Assembly: GCF_038025025.1 (NCBI RefSeq) | Contig: NW_027117351.1 | Coordinates: 496,001-560,000 of the forward strand | Source of the DNA: Phyllosticta citribraziliensis | Taxonomy: Eukaryota | Length of the DNA: 64,000 bases | Direction: 5' to 3' | In this document: piece after piece, positions 1 through 13,036 of the stretch | How the letters are laid out: each line of letters starts with the position of its first letter | Numbering within the stretch: position 1 is the stretch's first letter | Notes under the pieces: model-generated | What the model was told of the DNA's origin: nothing | The model's input: only the letters and a program-made list of their open reading frames with translations | Databases searched by the model: none | Made by a program: the position numbers and the translations under genes

Positions 1-147
1 CAGAGAGAAAGGAAAAGGCTCCATACAACCAAAGAACAGCATGGGACAAGAATGACAAATGAGGGTAAGACGGTGACCCAAACACACTCGCTCGCGCAAC
101 TTTTTCAACCCATCCAAATGCAAAACACCGTAACGACGAGACCAAAC

Positions 148-1117
148 TCAAATAAGCGAATCTTTTCCAACCATGGCGACCTTGTGCTCCATCCACTCGA
201 GTACGTTTGCGATAATGCCTTCCTCGATGCTGGCCGGGCATTTCCCCATCTCGACGTGCTGCACCAGAGCATGAAACTTGGCAAACTTGGAGCCGCAGCC
301 CAGGCCGGGGCACAGGAAGGGCTGGGGGTTCTCACGCTTGTAGACGCTCGCGAGGTCGATTCCCAGCCTGAGATCTTCGCGGTAGGCCGGGTCGACGTAG
401 GCCCACGAGGGATAGAACGAGGCAGCGATGGAGTTGAGGTGGAACGAGTCGATTCCCGATGGGCAGTTGCCCTGTTCGAGATGGAGGAGCACGTCGCAGA
501 TGCGGGGCAAGGGTTTGGAGCAGGCCCAGCAGGGAATGTCGTGCGGCCTGTGCGTAATCATGTGCTGTCGCGGAGAGGGTTTTCAGTGCACGAGTAGCCA
601 GGGGGTGCTCGAGGGACACGTTGAATTGAGATAGTTTAGCGGCGAGAGAACATACCTGCTGCACCTCATGTTCGCTGCTGTGGTGCTGCTGGCACTCTTC
701 GCATGCAAAGACTTCGTCAAGATGGCTCATGTAGACCTTGAAGTCGACAAAGACCTGCAGACAGCCCCGGCACGAATGGAACTCGTGGGCTGCCAGGTAG
801 TGGTTGAGCAACTGTTCAATGCTCTCGCCGTCAAAGGTGCAGCGCTGGCCATTGGCATGCAGGGCCAGACAGATGAAGTGATTGCTCGAGTCTTCCCAAT
901 GTGCTTCGCGTGCCGAGCGACTGACAAACATGCGCTGGCACCGCTTACATTCGAAGGCATCGAAAACGGATGATTCGAGTTTGGGCCCGCCAGCCGTCGA
1001 GCCTGCAGAAAAGTCGAGATTGAAGTACGGCGAAGAGTACTCTATTGGATGGTTTCCCAGGTATGGAGGGGGTGGAGAAAAGATCGACGGCAGAGACGCT
1101 GATTCGACGGCGAACAT
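148..1117 (-). CDS. C2H2-type zinc-finger protein, 2 exons (1117-656, 564-148)
   Basis: Repeated C-x2-C...H-x3-5-H motifs (CKRCQRMF..AREAH, CRGC..YMSH, CEEC..HMITH, CWAC..LLHLEQGNC, CPGLGC..LVQHVE). A GTATGT...CAG intron (655-565) joins the two ORFs in frame. Confidence 0.8.
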
Positions 1118-1903
1118 GGTGAATGCTGACTATCCACGTCTTGGATTGGAATGGAAGGTTTGGAAAGCTGAACAAGACGATGCGGGACGGACTTGATTTC
1201 TTGAGTTTTGAATCTGATTGTGCCGTCTTGGAGCAAGGGAAGCAGGTCTGCAGTGGGCCGCGGAGCTGCAGTGTCGACCTTACCTTGTGCTGTACCTGCG
1301 TTATCGCCCAGTTAGAGTGCTTGGAAAAAAGAGAACAAGACATGCATTTGCATGTGGTATGGATGAAGCAGAGGGCAGCAAAGGCTGCCAGACAGTCGCC
1401 AAAGTGGGTCGCTTTTTGAAAATAGCGGAGGACGCGCCGAAAACTTAAAGTCAACGCGACCCCAGTAGAGCGAACCCTTGTCGTGTCGCGCGTCCACCCG
1501 GAAACTGCAATGATAGACCGGTGGTACCTCCGACTCGCCCAAAGTCGCCTACGATGGACGTTCCGGACAGAAGAGAGAGGTTCGCGACTGTCGAATCAGT
1601 CGTCGATGCTCGTCGTGCTGTTGGACGGGTCTCTAAAAGCCCCCCGCCGCCTGTCGCTAGAGCTCCGCAATGCTTTTGAACTCTTGTCGTTTGGAACCAG
1701 GGAGCTTGGATCCCCACATGTACGCAGCAGCTAGTCCCCGTTGTGGTATACCTTGAGGTCTGCTACGTCATAGATCGCAGCCCACCTGCATAAGGTAGTG
1801 CGTGTCAAAAGACTCTGTCCGTGATTGCAAACGGCGGCTCCCAGGGCGCGGCCACAGTGGGTGTCGAAAGAAATTACAACTCCTGGCAATACAAGCGTGT
1901 CTA

Positions 1904-1981
1904 GGGAGCGTTCATTTGCTGCTTCGCCTGCGCTTAAGGAGCATTCATTTACTGCTCCGCCTATGTTTAAGGAGCATTCAT
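1904..1981. repeat. 33-bp tandem repeat, about 2.4 copies
   Basis: gggagcgttcatttgctgcttcgcctgcgctta / aggagcattcatttactgctccgcctatgttta / aggagcattcat. Confidence 0.8.
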
Positions 1982-2449
1982 ACACCTGTACATGCGCTTA
2001 GGAAGTGGTCGTTCATTGCGGTAGACAGACCAGGAGAGCCTCATTTCTTTTGCCACCCACTGTGCGGCGATGGAAGGGGATGACTGTTCCCTAACTTTCA
2101 TCTGCAGAAAACATGGATGCTCCCTAGTGCAGCTGCGATGGTCAACAAGTCGTCAGCGTCCGCTCGAATCCGAGCATTGATCGAGTTGGAATCTGTTTAC
2201 TGATACAGGAGTCAAATAACGGAAGAGCGAACCGGTATCAGGTATCGCATAAGCACGTCGCGATATTGCGCGTATCGTTAAACTCCGATTAACCCCACGC
2301 GGTATTAGACTAGTTAACCCCGCCCTACGTCAATTGAAAAGGCAACACTCGACCCTCCCAAGACCTTAGCTGAATCGCCATCGTCAACCCATTGACTGTT
2401 GATTCTCCATTCTCGAATTCGATTATCGCCATCTCCCGCAAAATTCAGA

Positions 2450-3592
2450 ATGACTCGTGTCCTGCTCACCGGTGGAAGCGGCTTCATTGCCGCCCACGTC
2501 CTTGACATTCTCCTCAAGCGCGGGTGAGTGTTGCTACATCCCCTGCATTACATGATCAACGCAGGCTCTCTGACAATTCTTCAGGCACTCGGTTGTGACC
2601 ACCGTCCGTAGCCAGCAAAAGGCCGACAAGATCAAGGAAGCCCATCCCACTTACGGCAAGGACAAGCTCGACTTTGCCATCGTCGAAGACATTGCAAAGG
2701 AGGATGCTTTCGAAGAAGCCGTCAAGTCCGACCCGCCGTTCGAGGCCGTCATCCACACTGCCAGCCCCTTTCACTTCAACGTCACGGACCCAATCAAGGA
2801 CCTCATCAACCCCGCCGTGATTGGAACAACGGGTGTCCTCAAGTCTGTCAAGAAGCATGCTCCGACTGTTAAGAAGGTTGTCATTACTTCGTCGTTTGCG
2901 GCCATTGTGAACCCCTCCAAAGGCAACTGGCCGGAGCACACGTACTCTGAGGCAGACTGGAACCCGGCCACACTCGAGGATGCTCACAAGGACACAACGA
3001 GCGCATACAGAGGTAAGTACAGACACGTTCTAGTCGATGGGCCAATGTGCAGATATTAACAAAATACGCAGTCAGCAAGACGCTCGCGGAAAAGTCAGCT
3101 TGGGATTTTGTCGAGAAAGAAAACCCCAACTTTAAAGTGTCTACGATTAACCCCCCTATGGTCTACGGCGAGGTAGTGCACTATCTGAACTCATTGGACG
3201 CTCTCAATACCTCCAACCAGCGCATCAGAGACGCCATTCTCGGGAAGTGGAAGGAGGAGATCCCCCCAACAGGAGGCTTCTGCTGGGTCGATGTCCGCGA
3301 CGTTGCACTCGCACACGTCAAGGCCATGGAGCTGCCTGCGGCGGACCAGAAGCGCTTCTTCGTCACGGCGGGGGCCTACAGTAACAGGGAGATGGTCGAA
3401 GTCATCCGCAAGCATTTCCCCGAGTACCAAGACAAGCTGCCCGGCCCCGACGTGACTAGCGGCGGCTACCCGGAAGAGGGCTCATTCAAGGTGGACAACT
3501 CGCGGTCCAGGACCATCTTGGGCATCGAATACATTCCGTTTGAGAAGAGCATTGTGGATACGGTCAAGTCTTTGAAGGCAGTGGGTGCTTAG
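2450..3592 (+). CDS. NAD(P)-dependent epimerase/dehydratase-family ketoreductase (GRE2/aldehyde reductase II-like), 3 exons
   Basis: MTRVLLTGGSGFIAAH Rossmann motif, VIHTASPF, ITSSFAA, catalytic YxxSK across intron 2, VDVRDVALAHV. GT-AG introns at about 2524-2584 and 3012-3071. Confidence 0.92.
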
Positions 3593-4565
3593 ATAAGCAC
3601 AGTCGGTGGGCAAGAGGAACGGCAACACTCAATGGGTACTCCTGCGGCAGTGAACGACCGCTTCCTGGGCGCAACTGGTTGGCGGATGACAGCTCCCGAG
3701 ACGCGACTGGGGTAGCGTACGACAGCTCCAAAGACGCAAGTGCACGCAACTGCGACAGGGGAAGAACGTTCCCTGATCAGAGCCGCAGTGCTTGGAGCAC
3801 ACATTTCTTTTGACACCATTTGTGCAGATAGAAGTGGAGGTGGGACAAAAGCTTCATGACTATCCTAGACAACGAATATACGATTTGACTTTTCCGCGGA
3901 CCGACATCCCCCATTCTAAACCTGTCCTTGCAAACGTGTGTTGACTCACAACCAAGAGTCAGTCTATCATGCTACTTTTGGCGAGGTCCAGCCATGTGGA
4001 ATGCGTCGATTTGGGTTGTTGGTGCCTGTCTTTTAATCGCGTTAGCACATGGTTTCGCCAAAGCAATGCGATAAAGAGGGAATAGAATTGAAGGGTCAGA
4101 CTGTTGAGCTTGAAATATTTTTGTGAATATCATGGATGACTCAAAAGTTATCGTTTGAAGAAAAATCATCATGAGAGTGAGTGGTTGCGAAGGAACGTGT
4201 GAGAGGGGCTTACCAAAGTCAAATGCTGCCGCTGTTTGTCGATGGTTAGTGACTGCAACTAGCAGTGGCGAGGCGAATCATTGCGCGCCCATTTCGCGCT
4301 GAAAAGCCAAGGTGGTTGTGAGGAAAAACGAGTCGAGGGATTTTGATTTTTATAGCTCGGGGCACGGTGTCGACTTTGTCCGACCATTTCTTGGCGCTTC
4401 CAAGCCAGCAGGCCTGCCTGAGCCCCACCAAGCAGAGCCCCCCACGACAACAAGCAGATTCCGGCACCAACACCCACCAGCTGCGCAACCCCGAACCTCG
4501 ACCTCCACTTTGTCTTCTATTCTCTCTATCCAACTCCAAACGCAACCCCTCGCATTCCACTCAAA

Positions 4566-5290
4566 ATGGCCGGTTCGTCTCCGCGGAAACGCAAAGTGCT
4601 GTCTGAGAGCTCGACTGACGGGATCCTGCATAGACTTCCAGAACATTGCGAGTACGTACCCGCCAGCAGAAACAGCAAACAAATCCTCAATCAGCTTTCG
4701 GGACGGCCGATACAATGTTTTGCATCATACTGACTCTTATGCGCAGCTCAGTTCGTCCAGTTCTACTACAAGACGTTCGATGAGAACCGCGGTGGCCTCC
4801 AGGCGCTCTACGTACGTTGGGCCCTGCTGCATGATGAGTGGCACGAGTGATTGCTGACGCCGTGGATGCTGTAGCGCCCTCAATCCATGCTCACCTTCGA
4901 GTCCAACGCCGTCCAGGGCACCGAGGGCATCATGGAGAGGCTGACCGTAAGCGAGAAGTCTGCACGCGCTGTCCCCGAATGACTGTCCTGACACTTGAGC
5001 TTCAAGAACCTGCCTTTCCAGAAGGTCGTCCACCAGGTCGCCACTCTCGACTCGCAGCCCGCCAGCGAGGATGGCTCCATTCTCGTCCTGGTCACCGGTG
5101 CTCTGCTGGTATGTTGATGTCATAATGATGATGGAACCGAACGGGAGAAACGGTCTGACATGGCGTGCGATAGGTCGACGAGGAGGGGAGGCCCATGAGC
5201 TACACCCAGGTCTTCACCCTGCGCCCCGACGGCAACGGCAGCTACTTTGTCTTCAACGACGTGTTCCGCCTCGTCTACCCTGCTGCCTAA
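4566..5290 (+). CDS. NTF2: Nuclear transport factor 2, multi-exon with 5' micro-exons
   Basis: Spliced product MADFQNIA.QFVQFYYKTFDENR..LQALY..QSMLTFE...LPFQKVVHQVATLDSQP...LVLVTGALLVDEE.RPMSYTQVFTL...YFVFNDVFRLVY matches NTF2. Not recovered as one ORF in the track. Confidence 0.93.
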
Positions 5291-6079
5291 AGAACGAGAC
5301 GGAGGGCGGTGCCGCTGCAGGTGGTTTATCAAGTCGAGTTGAATACCTGGGTTGGTGCACATGCGCGAAGACGCAGTTCGGGGACGTGGTTCCCAAGGGA
5401 TAGCAAGACGAGGCTTTTTGACCTGCCCAAGGTTGTTGATAAATGCTATGATTTGATGCGCGCATAACAGGCCGTCCCGCCCGTGTACCTGCGCCATGTG
5501 CGGGAAGGGCGCGGAGCCAGCCGACAGACATGGAGACGGTGAAGGGCTACGTTGTTGTTTTGCCAGGCTCTAGCGGGTGTACTCTGCGTCGCTGTGGGTT
5601 GCGAAAAGTGAAAGGATCCTTGTTAAGTGGCAGCGGCTTAGGCGGACGCGACTCCCTCTCGTGGCTGAGCTTTCTCCAAAGTACCAGCGGGCGCGGTGCG
5701 GTGCGGCATACCAGTACGGCCACGGGTGCCTGTGCCCTGGCGCAGCTGCGGCAGAAGGCGTGGCAGGGTCCTGTCCTGGCCACAAAGCTCCAAGTCTTCT
5801 GAAACTCAACACCATCTCGACCACTCCACTCCACCTTACGCCAGGCAGTATAATTCGTCGCCGTCGTCAGAAGCCCGCGCCCAGCCCGATACCCATTCGC
5901 TTCCGCGCTGCCTAGCCACCTGTAGCTTCGCACCACCCCCGAGCCTGCGCCAAGCGATCAACCATCGCACGGAGCACGCGCATCCAGACCATACCTGCAC
6001 TGGCACTGCAGGCAGCCCATCAACCCCACGACCTCGACCGAGACCGGGAGCCGCTGTTTGACGCAGCTAGACAGCCATC

Positions 6080-6896
6080 ATGACGTTCAGGGAGGAGCTC
6101 AAGTCGAGGAACTTCAGTAAGCTGCGCAAAACCGCCCCGGCCCGCCCGCCGCCTTGTTTGTTGCTTGCTTGAAGCTACGTTGCTAACACGGCGACCAGGT
6201 ATATACGGCCAATGGTCAGTACACCCTTTCGCTGCCTCTGCCTTGCCCAAGAAGCTTGCGTGCTTCGTCGCCGCGCAACTGGACATCGGGGAACCTGCGT
6301 CGGCAGATTTGCGCATCGCCAGGGAGGACCCGGTGGTCACAACAGAGCTGGAGCCTACACCATCAGGACACTGGGGATACTTGCGCCGCGCGCCCGGACG
6401 GACGCCGCAGACGCTGGAGAGCGATGCTGACAGCAACGCAGGACCGGAATTCTTTGTGTGATCCTGTGCTTTGCCATGGGCATTGCCAACATTTTCTCCG
6501 GCTTCCCAATCATCGTATTCAGCATCATTTGCCTGTGAGTCGGGTCCACCTCCTATTAGCGGACGGACGAAATTGGCTAACTCGTTTGATTCCAGCGCAT
6601 TCTCACCCGTCATCTTCTTTGTTGAAGTCGCCTTCCTCCTCAAGCTGCCCATCTGGTCGGAGGGCTTCCGCACCTTCTTCCGCCGCCTGCAAGAGAACTG
6701 GCCGCGCATCGTCATGTACCTGGTGATGAGCGTCGTCTTGTGGATCAGCTTGGTCGGCGGCGCCAGCTCTCTGATTGTGCCCGCCGTCTTCCTCTTGTTC
6801 GCCGGCCTCTTCTACTTGCTGGCTGCGCTCAAGAACCAGGACTTCCAGAGCAGCAAGATTTTGGGCGGACAGGGCGTTGCGCAGATGATCATCTGA
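6080..6896 (+). CDS. TVP18: Golgi apparatus membrane protein TVP18, 4 exons
   Basis: Spliced N-terminus MTFREELKSRNFSIYGQWTGILC and C-terminus SKILGGQGVAQMII are typical of fungal Tvp18; several hydrophobic helices. Confidence 0.9.
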
Positions 6897-8663
6897 GCTT
6901 GACAGAGAAAGAAAAAATAATGGGGTTCCGCTGCTTTTGCGCCGTCTTTTTGGTGCTGTTTGCATGGGCGAGCTTGCACCGTATCGATGTACCATGGTAG
7001 CAGGTTGCAGCAGGCTGACGTCACTTTTGATGTTCTTGTACGCGGCTTCACTTTGAACGTCTTTTTTGGCTCGTCGTCGATGGATGGACGCAGACGCAGA
7101 TGCAGAGCGAGCGAGGGGGCATCATTCTGTTGTTGGCAATACTGGACTTGAACTCTTTTTCCTTTCCATTTCTCCTTCACTTTTCACCCGTCGAGGAATC
7201 GCACCACCACCACCACCACCACCACCAAACCATTAGGTACCTCTAGTCTAGTGTTGACACAGTATACAGGAGTTTTAAGGATGGGAAAGGGAAGAATGTG
7301 GAATCAGAGGCTTCTCTTTTATCCTCTTTTTTTTTTTTTTTTTCCCACGTCCTTCTGGTTTTTATCTTTGCTGCTGCTGCTGGTTGTTGAATTGACGTGG
7401 CTGTTGTGCTGCTGAGGATGTAATACTGATTTATATCTAACCGTGTACCCACCATCTGTATATTCCGGTGCTGCTGCCTCTTCTGCAGGTCTTTGACTAC
7501 CTACCTACATGTACCCAGTCAACGTCTACATGTATATGACGAGCGAACTCGAGGGGAAAGAGAAAAAAAAAAAAAAAAGAAAAAGAAAAATGCCCCGCCG
7601 GATACGCCACGCCACACCACGCCACGGTGGAGCAGGGGAACCCACCAGCGGCGGCGCCGCAGCGGGGACAGCGGGGACTGGTTGATAGGGATGCTGGTGC
7701 AAAACATGGCTGTTGCACAAAGACCAGTCGATGAAAAAAGATTTGGCTAGAGAATGACAGTGTAGCATGCAAAACTGCCCTGTTTCAATACATCTACAGA
7801 CACAACGCGCTGGTAGGCGTAGGTCCCCGTCTCGTCAGGCGGGCGGCAGGCCAACCGATTAAACGTCCAACTCGGGTAGCTGACATAGATGGCTTGCCCG
7901 GCGCTGGCCGGCCTAAGGTACCTATGTATGTAATTAGGAGAGAGCGTGCACGCGTCAGGCACAGCATCACCGCAGTCAATCGACGAACGACGTGTGTGCG
8001 GTGTGCTGGTGTTGGTGTTGGGAGAGGAGGAAGCAAAAGGTAAATGGCGCGGCCACCACGGCAACCGAAGCGAACGGGGTCCGCCGCTGCGTGCTGTTGG
8101 TCGACGACGAGGCCGGGGGCAGGCAGGCAGGCAGGCAAGCACCCCAGTTGACCTAGGTCAGGTCAGGTACCCATGATGGCGCTTCGGGTTCTGTTGGAGG
8201 TGCGCCAGGAACAGAACTGAAAAGGTGCGCCCTGATGACCGCATCGAGATGGCGGGCTCTTGTTGGACAGGCAGCGCATCTCAGCAGCCACCTCACCCAC
8301 GCAGGGCTTCATCCATCACGTGGAGACGGCGAGAAACCAAGAGCTGGTGGGGTGGCATCGGACCAGATGCGATTGGGGCGGCTGCAGCGCATCGTGGGAT
8401 GGGCTGGATGGATTGATGGATGGATGGATGGATGGATGAGAATGTGATGCGGTTGGAAAAAGCTGACCGGCGGGACTAGAAGAGACAGACGAACGAATAG
8501 GAGCAGGCCCAATATCATCGTCAGATATGCAAAGTAAATGGCGCTTTCACCTTGTCGTGGGGTGGTGCACAGCCTGCACGGCGTCAGAAGCTCGGCCGTG
8601 GCTCCTGGGACTGGCACCTTGGTCTTGGTGATGGTCGAGCATCCCCGGCCTTGTCTGGATACC

Positions 8664-8792
8664 TATAAACGCTGAATCCCCAGTACCGTAGCTTCACGGT
8701 GCTTGCGTGCTTTTCCACCGCTTCACGTTTCTCTTTGTTGTCCTCGGTCTGCCCTGCCCCACCCCACCTGCTCCCTCCTCGACAAGGTACGT
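8664..8792 (+). promoter_or_regulatory. Probable AIM21 core promoter and first non-coding exon, with 5'-UTR intron donor
   Basis: TATAAA at 8664-8669, a CT-rich tract, then AAG|GTACGT donor at 8787; GCTAAC branch site at 8881-8886. Confidence 0.55.
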
Positions 8793-8891
8793 CGGTGATG
8801 CATGACCTTACTCCTGCAGCTCCTCCTGCATCTCTCGACACCAATGCTTCCCTTTCGCTTCCCGTCGTCTCCACCCGCTTGCTAACGTCAT

Positions 8892-9158
8892 TGTTGGTGG
8901 TCCTGTGTAACAACACCAAGCAGTCTCCCGTCGCGTCATCTTAGCTGCAGTTTACCTAGATAACTACAGCTTATCTAGATAATAACTTGCTACTTTAGTC
9001 AAGATATACTTATCTATTAGCTTCACACATCTTAATAAGTTTAGGACTTATTAGTAGTTAGTACCAGCTACTACTCCCCCTAGTAGTTTTAGTAGTATAT
9101 AGATAGCTCTTAGAGTAGCCTTAAATAGAGTCTTTAGTTCTCTCATCTTACTTTATCA
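8892..9158 (+). repeat. Copia 5' LTR (267 bp)
   Basis: Direct repeat of 19505-19771; the differences seen are C/T and G/A transitions. Confidence 0.95.
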
Positions 9159-10893
9159 GGTTATAAGCCCTCACATTATATATATAAATTACTTATCTAG
9201 CTTATTTTAGTATTATACTATAATACTATCTATATAATTATTACTAATAGTTATTTTATTATTTTATTATTTTATCCCTTATTATCTTATATAATTTCTA
9301 CTCTTTAGTAAATTTATTAGTATTATCTATCTCTATAACTCTAAGTAATATACTAATAGTTATTACCTTTATTATAACTTTACCTTCCCTTCCTCCTTTA
9401 TTATCTAGTAGTTTAGGCTTTACTACCACCTTATCTTCTATACTAGCTAAGTAGGCTAAGGCTAAAGAAGAGGTAGACCTAACTATAAATAATAGTAAGT
9501 TTAGTATCCCTTTAAAGAATATCTAGCCACTTAAAGGCCCTACTAACTAGGTAACCTTTAAGATAATAGTTAAGATAAGGCTTAGTCTATTCTATTATAC
9601 CTATCTACTTAAGGATAAGCTAAAAAATACTACTAATTATAAGAAGGATATATATATTATCTACTAGTTTATAATAATTATTATACTTCCTATTATAATA
9701 GTACTATAGGGGTATACTAGTTTAGCTTGCTCTATATAGTAGAAGCTTTATAATATATATAATACTAAGGGTATCCTCTTTAAGGCTAATATTATTAAGG
9801 ACTTTATCTTCTATTAATATAGTAATTTTATAATAGTAAAGGAATTCTATAATGCCCTATATAAATAAAGGTAAGCCTATATTAGCTATATCTAATAGTA
9901 AGTTAAGGACTAGATTCTCTATATTCTACTCCTAGAAAACTTATAGGATGATATTTCTATCTAGTATATAACTTAGTATATAAATTAGTATAATAAGAAG
10001 GAGATACCTAAGTTTAAGGATCTCTTCTATACTATAACTAATAAGATTAAATATACTAGTAAGAATAGTACTATAGCTCTTACTATTTATACTAGTTAGT
10101 AGTCTACTAAGTAGTCTAAGTCTAACTATACTACCTATAATTACTATAGAAAGAAGGGGTATATTAAGGCTAAGTATAGCTATCTTTACCTTAAATACCA
10201 TCCTACCTATTAGAAGCCAGTATTAGGGGTATTCTATATACTAGATAATTAAGTCTCTAAACTGCTAATAGTAGTAATAGTAATAATAATATTAATAACT
10301 AACCCTCTAGTATAAGGTGCAAACTACTTTACTACCCTATACCTATATCTAGCTTTAATAAAGGATGAATAGATTATTAATACTAGGGCTAATACCTACT
10401 ATATACTAAATTTAACTAAGCTAATAAACTACTTATAGTTTATATAGCTAGTCTAGGTATATAGTTTAGGTATAGTAATAGCTATTAGCTATAGTAATAC
10501 TATACTTTACTATCCTATAAATAGTATAGTTAATACTCTTATAATAGAGGGTGTTCTATATATTCTAGTACTAATAGTTAGTCTTATCTTAGCTTTAAAA
10601 CTTAAGTAGAAGGGACTATACCTAGATTAGCTTACCTCTATATTATAAATATAAAACTATAGAATAGCTATTATAGCTTGCCCTAATAGTTTAGGGGTAA
10701 ATATTCTAATAGTTATTAATAATAATTATATAGTATAAGTATTTACTATAGTAACTCCTCCTATAGTAATATATAAGATATAGTACTAGTAATTAGGGTA
10801 TATCTATACTGGCGCGCTTAATAAGCTCTAGTACTAGGGATAACTTATTATTACTAGTAACTAAGACTTCTATTATAAATCCTGCTATATAGC

Positions 10894-11316
10894 TGTTATA
10901 ACTTGCAGATTTCTTATTATATAGATAAGGGCTAAAGGTAAACTACTAGGAAATATATATATATCTTAATTAAATCTAATAAGTTAAAAGAATAAAATAT
11001 AAAAGATACTTACTATCTATATATTTCCTAGTCCTTCCTTTATACTATTCTACCTCTTATCCTTTATATAAGGGTCCTTAGTTATTATTAGGTAAGTTAT
11101 AAAGATAAGGTATTAATAGGCTGTTATGTGGTATCTTCCTAAGGCTATAGTAGCTAGTACCAGGCTATAGTAGCTAGTACTAGCCTATAGGTTTCAGCCT
11201 AAGCTATAGTAGGCTGCTACCTAAGGTGAGGCTTATACTTCTTATAACTATATAATACTAGGTTTATCTATACTAGCCCTAGTACTTATATAGGTATATA
11301 TATACCTATTATAATA
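10894..11316 (-). repeat. Gypsy 3' LTR (423 bp)
   Basis: Direct repeat of 18711-19133; contains an internal 20-bp tandem (aggctatagtagctagtacc, about 2.4 copies); next to the PPT. Confidence 0.95.
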
Positions 11317-11799
11317 TGCCCCCCCTAAAGAGAAGCTAAAATCGTAGGAATTAGCAGCTATAGGCGCTTATATAGGTATAGACTTATAATATATAATAGT
11401 AGTAATTTAGTAATTTAAGCATTCTATACGTATAGTATAATTATTAGTCTAGGTCTACTACTATACTATCTCTTTCTATTACTATCTCTTTTACTGCGCA
11501 ACCTATAAAAGGTTACTATCTTACTTAGCTATATTTAAAGCTCCCTATTAAAGTACGTTGTTATCCTAGTCTAATTTAGCTATAATCTAGTAAACTAACT
11601 ATTATATATAAAGGTTCTAATAATTTAAATAATTTGTACCCTACTAATAGTAAAGCAGATATTTCTAGCTGCTATATGCTTAATATATCTGCTACTTATT
11701 ATAGTCTAGTCTATTAGGACTTATTACTATTATATAAGAGTTATAGTATTAAGTTATTATTATACGGCATTATTTGCAATCTATTATAGTTACTACTTA

Positions 11800-13036
11800 C
11801 TTAGAGAGCTATTTTAGCTAGTAGTATCTATAAGGACCATTATATAGAGTCCTAAAGTAAGTAAACTTTAATTCTATCTCTAACTATTACTAATTATTAT
11901 CTAGGCTATTAAGTAGTATTATATATCTAGGTTTTACTACTTCATCGTCCCATCTTGCCAACTAATATAATTATAGAGGAGGACACTTATATAAAGACTT
12001 AATTAGGCTAGGCTTTACTTATTTAGCTAGGAATAGCTATAGGCTTATTACTTTACCTATAGCATACTATAGTATTAGGTTCTACTTAATTAGTATTATT
12101 AGTTATTATATAAGGTTCATCATCTATAGCTATACAGCCTGCTACTAACTAGCCTATTATACTACATCACTGCTGGTTCACTGTCGCGCAGCCTGTTTTA
12201 GAGGAAGAAGGTAAAGAGCCTACTTATATATACTATTATTATAATCCTATAGCTTGTTAGGTTCTAGCAGCTAAGTACTTACTACCTGCTACTTTATATA
12301 ATAGCAGTAATAGTAAGATTTATATTACAGCATTACTAGTTAGCTCTAATAAGGCGCCTATTAAGTAGGACTTTAAGTTAATACTTTATATCTCTTATAA
12401 GAATATAGAGAGTGTCGCATAAGTAAGTTTATCTTACTAATATAAGGAATTCTTATCTAACTAACTATATAGGCGCACCTTAGTAGTTCTAAAGTATAAG
12501 AGCGCGCTAAGCGCATCTTAGCCTTAGATAATAGCATGCCTTACTTATATATTATAGTTTCTACTTAGTAATTTAACTACTTATTAGTTAAAACTTAAGC
12601 CAGCTTATACGATACTTTTCTTATCTAGTATACTAGAATTAACAACCCTATTAGCTATACTAAGTATTATAATAATACTAATACTCGCGTATTTATTAGT
12701 TATTACTACCTACCTAGTTTCTTATAGGGCTGCTATACTAACTACCTTTAAGGTATAGGCAACCTTAACTACACTATAAGTAACTTAAAGAGTGCCAAGC
12801 CGCCTGCTTATTATAAGAGGTATAAAGATAAAATTTATATAGAGGAGTTTTAGAACTTATACTACTAAGCTAGATTAGAGGATTAAACTAATTAGGCTTT
12901 AGCTAAGTAGGACATCCTACCTAATAAGCTAGAAGATCTAGAGGAGATAGTCTTATATAATAACTATTATAATAAGAAGAAGGGAAAAGGAAAGAAGTAA
13001 AGAGTAAAAATTAAAGAAGAGGATAGTAGGGAATAA
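11800..13036 (+). pseudogene. RIP-degraded, spliced accessory gene inside the Gypsy element (antisense to gag-pol), DUF3716-like Cys-rich domain; 5' end uncertain
   Basis: De-RIP reading of 12599-12780: ASSYDAFLIQ.TG.DNP.GC.KC......VF.GC..LPGF..GCCANC.......C, followed by an acidic tract and KGKKxRVK. GTAAGT..CTAAC..TAG intron at 12423-12472; possible second intron at 11857-11904. Confidence 0.65.

Noticed and set aside
6215..6441. Longer TVP18 intron as a snoRNA host or stwintron
   Set aside because: No convincing C/D or H/ACA boxes or nested splice signals found by eye.
8149..8160. 12-bp palindrome TGACCTAGGTCA
   Set aside because: Single occurrence next to a (CAGGT)/(GGCA) microsatellite; no functional support.
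9941..10201. 86-aa minus-strand ORF (and 16535-16744 plus) inside the AT island
   Set aside because: Chance I/L/S/Y-rich ORFs antisense to RIP-destroyed retrotransposon frames.
11142..11190. 20-bp tandem repeat as a CRISPR-like array
   Set aside because: No spacers, eukaryotic context; it is an internal LTR repeat present in both LTR copies.
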